The position numbers were made by a program, and so were the translations under genes. Under the pieces are notes generated by a model. It had not been told where the DNA came from, did no database searches, and worked only from the letters and a program-made list of their open reading frames with translations. Positions 58,623-64,000 of a stretch of DNA of 64,000 bases are shown here, piece after piece. Each line of letters begins with the position of its first letter. Within the stretch, counting starts at the first letter, position 1. Source of the stretch: a virus; the IMG/VR virus record IMGVR_UViG_3300027736_002225; one strand, given 5' to 3'.

Positions 58623-59525
58623 TTAAGTATTCATTGTAGTATTTGCAGGAGATACACCACCCGCAGGCAATTCGCCATTTCTAATTTTTTGTTGGTATTC
58701 TACATAAGGTGTAATTGCCGCTTTAGCACTGGGGCTAACAATTGCATTCATTAACTTACTGTTGCATCCTGATAATAAATCAAAAGCCAATCCAACAATG
58801 AATTGTTCAACTGCTGCAGTAATAATCTTTTCGTTTAGTTTGTTTTCAATAACATTATTAAAATTTACTACTGCCGAATTTAAATCTTGCAATGCGGTAA
58901 CTGCTCCAGTATATCCTGTACCATCAGCAACTGCTTTAACGAATTTATCTTTTGCTGCAGTTATAATTGCACCACTATTAAATCCATCGACAATTGTTTG
59001 CAAATCTATATCAGGAACATCTGTTGATTTGCTACATCCAGATCCCATTAAATCCGCTAGAGTGCAACCGCCTGCAAATCCACTACCACCGGTTGCTTGT
59101 CCAGATAATTGATTAGTGTATGTTAAGAAACTTGTTAGTTTTGTTTTGGATTCTTGTAATAGAGCCAATTCATCAATTTCATCACTTGTTTTAGATTCAA
59201 TTGCTGTGAGAAAATCTATCCTAGTTTGAATAGTTGTATTGATTGCTGCTGTTCCTTGCGCTACAGGATTATGAAAGAACTGTTGTGCAATTACGGTTGC
59301 ATTATTAATCTCGCTGGCGGCTGCTTTTACCTTTGCTACAATTTCCTGTGTAAATTGTGCAAGTGCTGCGGCCTCGCCAAATTCGGCTGCGCCGGGAATA
59401 CCTAAGCTTTTAATAATATTTTGAGCGCCGCCCGAAGTTTCGTTAAAAATTTGTTGAACTGGGCTTCCGCCCATTTGTGCAAGAATAATTCTTATTAGTT
59501 GACAATATGATAGTGACAATGCCAT
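58623..59525 (-). CDS. Hypothetical Ala-rich helical protein
   Basis: 300-aa ORF; no motif recognised. Confidence 0.6.
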   Translation of the reverse strand: MALSLSYCQLIRIILAQMGGSPVQQIFNETSGGAQNIIKSLGIPGAAEFGEAAALAQFTQEIVAKVKAAASEINNATVIAQQFFHNPVAQGTAAINTTIQTRIDFLTAIESKTSDEIDELALLQESKTKLTSFLTYTNQLSGQATGGSGFAGGCTLADLMGSGCSKSTDVPDIDLQTIVDGFNSGAIITAAKDKFVKAVADGTGYTGAVTALQDLNSAVVNFNNVIENKLNEKIITAAVEQFIVGLAFDLLSGCNSKLMNAIVSPSAKAAITPYVEYQQKIRNGELPAGGVSPANTTMNT

Positions 59526-59535
59526 TAGCGTCTTT

Positions 59536-60627
59536 CTATTTAATAGCTTTTAGGATAATCATTTCCGCATTGATACGACCATTTGCTGGTTGATCTTTAG
59601 CATTAATTGTATCCATAAATTTTCTTAGTTGTACTTTACCGCAAGCCATCATTGCCTTAATTTGTTCTGCAGGTTTACGCAAAGTCTTTTGAATAGACTG
59701 TTCTGGTTCGTAGTTCTGAATACTTGAACCTTTAACCTGAAACCCTGATTCCGAACGATATACTATCAACTTACGAGTCTTTGTATTGAAGAACCATACT
59801 TGTTGAGCACCAATGATCTCTGTTGCAGAAACAGACTGAAGACCAAGTTCGGTATCAGAACGTTTAAACTTCAAAGACTTAATTTGAATTCCTGGTGCTT
59901 TCGGTTTAGACACTCGCGGCTTGCGATTTGCTTTCTTGAATTCTGAATATTTATCACAATCCTCGATACACTGTGCAAGAGTTTTAACGATGCTTTTTAG
60001 TTCACGTTTCTGCAGGAAAGAATACCCCTCATTCAATTGAGAATCCTTACCTTCATACGCAGCAATAAACTCTCTGAGATTCTTTTTAGACCACTCTTTA
60101 ACATCCGTAACATACGGTTTTGGAATGTGATTCGCTTGCATATGCTTATACAATGAGAAGTCTTCTTTATCTTGAACCATCTTGTCCAAGCAACCTTCTA
60201 GTTCTCCGATATACTCAGAGATCTTTTCTTTCATTGCATCTTGAATAGATACACGGGGAGCAGATGTAGTTACAACTTGTACTACGGGTTCTGCAGTTTT
60301 GATAGTCGAATCTAGAATCTTACGAATGTAATTATTAAACTTAACAAGATGATTATCAGAAATAGAACCACCTAGCATAATAACACGGGCAATCCAACCA
60401 AAGGTGTTTACAATCTGAACATCTTTTATCTCGTCGAAAGTCTTCAGTTCGTTTGGCATCTTTGCCTTAACATAGTCCCTAGTATATCTACGAGCATCGC
60501 TCTTTAGCTTCTCTGCAGAATACCAGTTCATTACCCGCATCAGGTTGATATTGTACTTTATATCCGTACCGTCAATCAAAGATACGTCAGGTTCGTTACC
60601 GGAAAGTGCAGATGTGTTTCGTGCCAT
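59536..60627 (-). CDS. Conserved T4-like hypothetical protein
   Basis: C-terminal WFFNTKTRKL, VKGSSI, KTLRKP, NGRIN motifs. Confidence 0.7.
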   Translation of the reverse strand: MARNTSALSGNEPDVSLIDGTDIKYNINLMRVMNWYSAEKLKSDARRYTRDYVKAKMPNELKTFDEIKDVQIVNTFGWIARVIMLGGSISDNHLVKFNNYIRKILDSTIKTAEPVVQVVTTSAPRVSIQDAMKEKISEYIGELEGCLDKMVQDKEDFSLYKHMQANHIPKPYVTDVKEWSKKNLREFIAAYEGKDSQLNEGYSFLQKRELKSIVKTLAQCIEDCDKYSEFKKANRKPRVSKPKAPGIQIKSLKFKRSDTELGLQSVSATEIIGAQQVWFFNTKTRKLIVYRSESGFQVKGSSIQNYEPEQSIQKTLRKPAEQIKAMMACGKVQLRKFMDTINAKDQPANGRINAEMIILKAIK

Positions 60628-60649
60628 GTTAGTCCTGTGGTGTTGTTAC

Positions 60650-60967
60650 TTAGTCTATTATAACACCATATGTTGTTCTTGTCAAGCGACTTGGATCAAT
60701 AGATGCCTCTTTATAGTCTTTGATAATTTTGATTTCGTCAGCTGTTGTTTTTTCGTCAATTTTGCCGAATTCTTTTTCCATATAATAACGAGCCATCTTC
60801 TTAGTACACTGATCCATCAAACTAGTAGTTTCTTCGATTAACCAGAATCTAATAGGAGAACGGCCCCATGAACGATGCCGCAGGGCAGCGTGAAAGATTT
60901 CTCTATGATGTTTATTGGTTGGGTCAAATGTCTCGCACGGGCGGGAGAATTGTATAAGTTTACTCAT
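60650..60967 (-). CDS. Hypothetical protein
   Basis: 105-aa ORF with AGGA RBS. Confidence 0.6.
   Translation of the reverse strand: MSKLIQFSRPCETFDPTNKHHREIFHAALRHRSWGRSPIRFWLIEETTSLMDQCTKKMARYYMEKEFGKIDEKTTADEIKIIKDYKEASIDPSRLTRTTYGVIID
60657..60685 (-). promoter_or_regulatory. Early sigma70-type promoter
   Basis: TTGACA-17-TATAAT with extended TG, inside the 3' end of the upstream ORF. Confidence 0.8.
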
Positions 60968-60980
60968 ATTATGTTTCCTA

Positions 60981-61463
60981 TTAGTCTTCGTCTAAATCAT
61001 GTAGTTTCTTTACGATCACTCTCTCTTTACCATCAGTCCCAAACGTCATATTGGAATGGTATGCTTCAACCATGCCCTTTCGACGTAAGCTCTCGATGGA
61101 GATAAAGATCATGAACTGGTTTACCTTGGTCAAGAGTTCTTCGTCAGATTTGGATACGACATCCTCTCCGCGGGATAGCATCTCGGCCAGCAGAACAATA
61201 TCAGCCATTCGAGGATCAGTCTCGCGCTCTTCCTCTTCGTCGACATCGTCAAGATCAGCTTTAAAGTTACAGTTCACGATATTATTCAGTTCAGCCAGAT
61301 CAACATCGTTCAGATTCTTGAGAAACTGTCCGACGGTATAATACGGATTGTCTTGTAGATCCGCCGCCAAGATTCGAGTAATCTTCATGCATTCTTTATT
61401 CATGATGATGTTTGCGTAGTTAATATCGAATTCTCCAGTTTCGGAGTCTTGCTTATAGTTCAT
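60981..61463 (-). CDS. Hypothetical acidic protein
   Basis: Likely start MNYKQD at 61463, overlapping the upstream ORF end. Confidence 0.6.
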   Translation of the reverse strand: MNYKQDSETGEFDINYANIIMNKECMKITRILAADLQDNPYYTVGQFLKNLNDVDLAELNNIVNCNFKADLDDVDEEEERETDPRMADIVLLAEMLSRGEDVVSKSDEELLTKVNQFMIFISIESLRRKGMVEAYHSNMTFGTDGKERVIVKKLHDLDED

Positions 61464-61641
61464 CTTCGTTATCGTCCAGTAGTTTAATTGCCTTCTCGAG
61501 ACCGTCGATATACGGAACGAAACGATGCGGAATAATAAGTTGATAGATCCAACTTCGCCCGTCCCAATATTTACCCTCATTCAAGAGTTTCAAAAGACCC
61601 TTAAGATCCTCGACTGTCTCTAAGCGTTCTTTAGTATTCAT
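61453..61641 (-). CDS. Hypothetical protein
   Basis: 62-aa ORF directly after a promoter (nearly leaderless). Confidence 0.55.
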   Translation of the reverse strand: MNTKERLETVEDLKGLLKLLNEGKYWDGRSWIYQLIIPHRFVPYIDGLEKAIKLLDDNEDEL

Positions 61642-61649
61642 ATGTCTGT

Positions 61650-61678
61650 ATTATAACATCTTTCCCCTAAGATGTCAA
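61650..61678 (-). promoter_or_regulatory. Early sigma70-type promoter
   Basis: TTGACA-17-TATAAT with extended TG. Confidence 0.85.
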
Positions 61679-62028
61679 GCGCCTTTGTTCATCTCGGCAT
61701 TTTCAACGTTCGGAAACCCACTCATCATATCTTCTTCCCAAGGTTCCTCGACAAGATCCACCAACCGGGCATTGCTTTCAAAGTGTAGTTTATCCTGAAA
61801 CATACGTTTTTCCTGCACAGTAAGTTCACCATTAGTCTTTCGACCATTTGAACAGATCGGGCAACCAGCATTCCCACAATCCAGAGCATGATGCTTAGCC
61901 AGACGATGAGGCTCTTTAATGTAATGATCTAATCCAAATGTCTTAGCGATCTTTGTTTGTCTACGTATAGATGCATCTTTCTTTAAAATGCGTTGAGAGT
62001 GTAAGAATTTTTGTTCTTCAGATGACAT
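61675..62028 (-). CDS. Hypothetical protein with a His/Cys cluster (possible Zn site)
   Basis: HRLAKHHALDCGNAGCPICSN motif; AAGGAG RBS. Confidence 0.65.
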   Translation of the reverse strand: MSSEEQKFLHSQRILKKDASIRRQTKIAKTFGLDHYIKEPHRLAKHHALDCGNAGCPICSNGRKTNGELTVQEKRMFQDKLHFESNARLVDLVEEPWEEDMMSGFPNVENAEMNKGA

Positions 62029-62041
62029 ACAGATCTCCTTA

Positions 62042-62141
62042 TAGTGTAGTATAGTATAGAAACGATTAGTGTAGTTTATGGCTTCTATCTAGTATATATT
62101 AGTAAACGTCATAGTGTAGCGGTAGAGTAGCGGTAGAGTAG
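62042..62141. repeat. Six copies of TAG(T/A)(G/A)TAG
   Basis: Copies start at 62042, 62052, 62067, 62112, 62123 and 62134. Confidence 0.7.
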
Positions 62142-62387
62142 GAATAGAGGAACTCTTTTTAGTGTTGTTTTTCTGGAGAAATTTTTCTAGGGGAAATTTT
62201 TTTGAGATAAGAGTGACAACTTAGAGTGAGAAAACTCTGCGGGTCGTAGTGACTCGTAGTACGAATTGGATAAGTGATGATATAAGGTGGAGGGGCATAA
62301 GCTGAGGATATAGCAGCGAGGGGTGCTGACTTATAATTGAGGGTACCCCCTAGGGTATCTACCTCTAATCCGCCAGCCCCTCTAAGA

Positions 62388-62573
62388 CTATACCATAACC
62401 TCGCGGTCGTACCCTTCACGCATATCTACATGGTAAGCCATCTCGTCCACGGCATCTGTCACCGCCCGAACTGCCCCTAGGGGAATATTCAAGCGTCTAG
62501 CGATCTCTGTCTCTGAGATACCTGCGTCATACAAAACTTCGATTTCGATGAATAGATCCTTCATTTTGCTCAT
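62388..62573 (-). CDS. Small HTH-like protein
   Basis: GISETEIARRLNIPLGAV motif. Confidence 0.6.
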   Translation of the reverse strand: MSKMKDLFIEIEVLYDAGISETEIARRLNIPLGAVRAVTDAVDEMAYHVDMREGYDREVMV

Positions 62574-62788
62574 ACAGACTCCTTTTCTTTGCTATATTTC
62601 TCTGTCAATGCCTTCAAATTACTTAACACCTCTGCTTGCTTGTACCTAGGCATGTCCGCGAGTAGAGTAGAGAGCTGCATCTGTAGAGCACCCGCTGAGT
62701 AGGCATAAGAGCCCCAGTGTTCGTAGGTTACTTCGCCGAACTCGTTGAGGACTTCGTTGATTTCTTCTTTAGTGTATTTCGTAGTCAT
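62570..62788 (-). CDS. Hypothetical protein
   Basis: 72-aa ORF, ATGA-coupled to the next gene. Confidence 0.6.
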   Translation of the reverse strand: MTTKYTKEEINEVLNEFGEVTYEHWGSYAYSAGALQMQLSTLLADMPRYKQAEVLSNLKALTEKYSKEKESV

Positions 62789-62789
62789 A

Positions 62790-62879
62790 TTACATTGCGT
62801 AGAAGTAGATGATGAAAGCTGCGAACATTGTCGCTGCGAAGACTGTTGCTTGGAAGAGTTCTAGAGCGAATCGTTTCAT
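62790..62879 (-). CDS. 29-aa single-TM peptide (not in the ORF track)
   Basis: MKRFALELFQATVFAATMFAAFIIYFYAM*; AAGGA RBS; first ORF after an early promoter. Confidence 0.65.
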   Translation of the reverse strand: MKRFALELFQATVFAATMFAAFIIYFYAM

Positions 62880-62905
62880 TTTGGTTTCCTTGTTACTATG
62901 TCTCG

Positions 62906-62962
62906 ATTATAGCACAAAATGGACAGAGGGTCAAGCAAAGACCCTTTGCCCTGTAGGGCTTT
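62906..62962 (-). promoter_or_regulatory. Early promoter with upstream stem-loop (PeSL-like)
   Basis: TTGACC-17-TATAAT plus imperfect AAAGACCC...GGGCTTT inverted repeat. Confidence 0.75.
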
Positions 62963-63869
62963 ACGCCCCGGCGCTGACGATGTAACGAGCCAGATCTTTC
63001 CAATTCTCATTCTCAGCGCGAATCTTCGTCACTGCAATCAAAGAACGCAGAGACAAATTGTCTACTGTATTTGCTACTTCTTTAAGCAGATTCAAAGCGT
63101 CTTGCTTAAAGCCCATGCTGTACTCAGGCAGGAATTCGTCTTCTTTCATGATCACTTCCATGCGCTCTAGCTTCTGCATCTGTGTCATGGACAAGTCAAC
63201 GCACATAGCGCGTGTCTTCACTGCTTGGTCTATACGATCAGCGTCCATGTTGCTGATGAACACGATGGCACCTGTGAACTTGAAGGAACGAGGCAGATCT
63301 TCGTCTTTCATGTCTGCGTTCCAGCTGATCCAGCGCTCACCGTAAGAATCTAGCGCACCCTTGAGCAAGTTCAACGCTACGGGATCTTTGAGAACACTGT
63401 CGCAGTCGTCGAACACGAGCACTTGTCCGTTACCCTCGAACAACGTACGATAGAGACCTTTTGCTGTGCTGTAACCCTTGACAACACGATAAGACTTCGA
63501 AGAGTTAAACTTGTAACCTTCTTCGAATGATGCGAGGTCTGTAGTATCGATCAAGCCCTGAGCCTTGAGCGACTTCAACACTGTGTGCGTCTTACCCAGA
63601 CCACCCTGACCTGTGATGATCGCTGAGGCAATAGTCTTCTTACCAACCATTGTGACCATCTGCTGAACGAACTCAAAGCGCTTATTGATGCCAAACTCGT
63701 CAATCTTAGGCTGATTGTTCACAATGCCTGTAGTCGCTTCGACCTCTAGACCCATGCTAGCCAGAACGTTCTTGACGTACATCTCATGCTTAGAACGTGT
63801 CACCATTTTGCCATCCACGAATCCCTCGAAACGATTCTTTGCTTTGTTGAATTTGACTGCTACTTTCAT
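62961..63869 (-). CDS. P-loop ATPase (AAA-like), early gene
   Basis: Walker A GQGGLGKT, Walker B VLVFDDCD. Confidence 0.8.
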   Translation of the reverse strand: MKVAVKFNKAKNRFEGFVDGKMVTRSKHEMYVKNVLASMGLEVEATTGIVNNQPKIDEFGINKRFEFVQQMVTMVGKKTIASAIITGQGGLGKTHTVLKSLKAQGLIDTTDLASFEEGYKFNSSKSYRVVKGYSTAKGLYRTLFEGNGQVLVFDDCDSVLKDPVALNLLKGALDSYGERWISWNADMKDEDLPRSFKFTGAIVFISNMDADRIDQAVKTRAMCVDLSMTQMQKLERMEVIMKEDEFLPEYSMGFKQDALNLLKEVANTVDNLSLRSLIAVTKIRAENENWKDLARYIVSAGA

Positions 63870-63897
63870 ATACACCTCTGTTGCTGTTTATGCTGCT

Positions 63898-63963
63898 ATT
63901 ATAGCACCTTTTGGTCAGATCGTCAAGCACTAAGTTAAAGACCCATATCTCTATAGGGTCTTT
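63898..63963 (-). promoter_or_regulatory. Early promoter with upstream stem-loop (PeSL-like)
   Basis: TTGACG-17-TATAAT plus AAAGACCC...GGGTCTTT inverted repeat. Confidence 0.75.
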
Positions 63964-64000
63964 TTAGCAACCTATCGATTGGCACACTCGCAGTCAGCAC

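Noticed and set aside
62042-62141. Mini CRISPR array
   Set aside because: Repeats are only 8 bp with irregular short spacing
62270-62340. Hammerhead ribozyme or group I intron (CTGAGGA, GGATATAG)
   Set aside because: No GAAA core after stem II, no P7 pairing, and no interrupted gene
62159-62419. 86-aa ORF in the ORF track
   Set aside because: No RBS, overlaps the upstream gene, atypical composition, and lies over structured non-coding DNA
325-63933. Numerous short + strand ORFs opposite core genes (e.g. 325-687, 16210-16533, 63058-63345)
   Set aside because: Antisense shadows of well-supported genes, with no RBS or recognisable motifs
1-64000. Stop-codon reassignment
   Set aside because: Core genes are full length in the standard code and all three stop codons terminate genes

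Overview
64 kb of a T4-like (T4 superfamily) myovirus genome, mostly on the minus strand. It contains the head/neck/tail/baseplate block (gp3, gp13-gp23, gp25/6/7/8, gp5, gp53, gp48, plus a plus-strand gp4-gp2-gp54-gp26-gp51 island), replication and late-transcription genes (uvsW, uvsY, gp55, gp32, gp59, gp33, dsbA, rnh, ligase), auxiliary genes (folE, queE, heme oxygenase plus a PcyX-like bilin reductase, phoH, glycosyltransferase, GH19 and SleB hydrolases, an outer-membrane beta-barrel), and an early region driven by seven near-consensus sigma70 promoters. The main signals not shown by the ORF track concern translation: a circularly permuted two-piece tmRNA (tag ANDELFALAA); an unannotated tRNA-like cloverleaf RNA just upstream of it; a duplicated tmRNA-end hairpin that brackets the beta-barrel gene; an ArfA-like small protein; and two complete-looking -1 ribosomal frameshift cassettes (a gp26-gp51 fusion and a C-terminal extension of a conserved hypothetical protein). 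Also noted are a riboswitch-like leader on folE, an antisense sigma70 promoter in the neck genes, and a structured, repeat-rich non-coding region at about 62.0-62.4 kb. The host is probably a Gram-negative proteobacterium (inference). All family assignments come from motif recognition and gene order; no database search was run.
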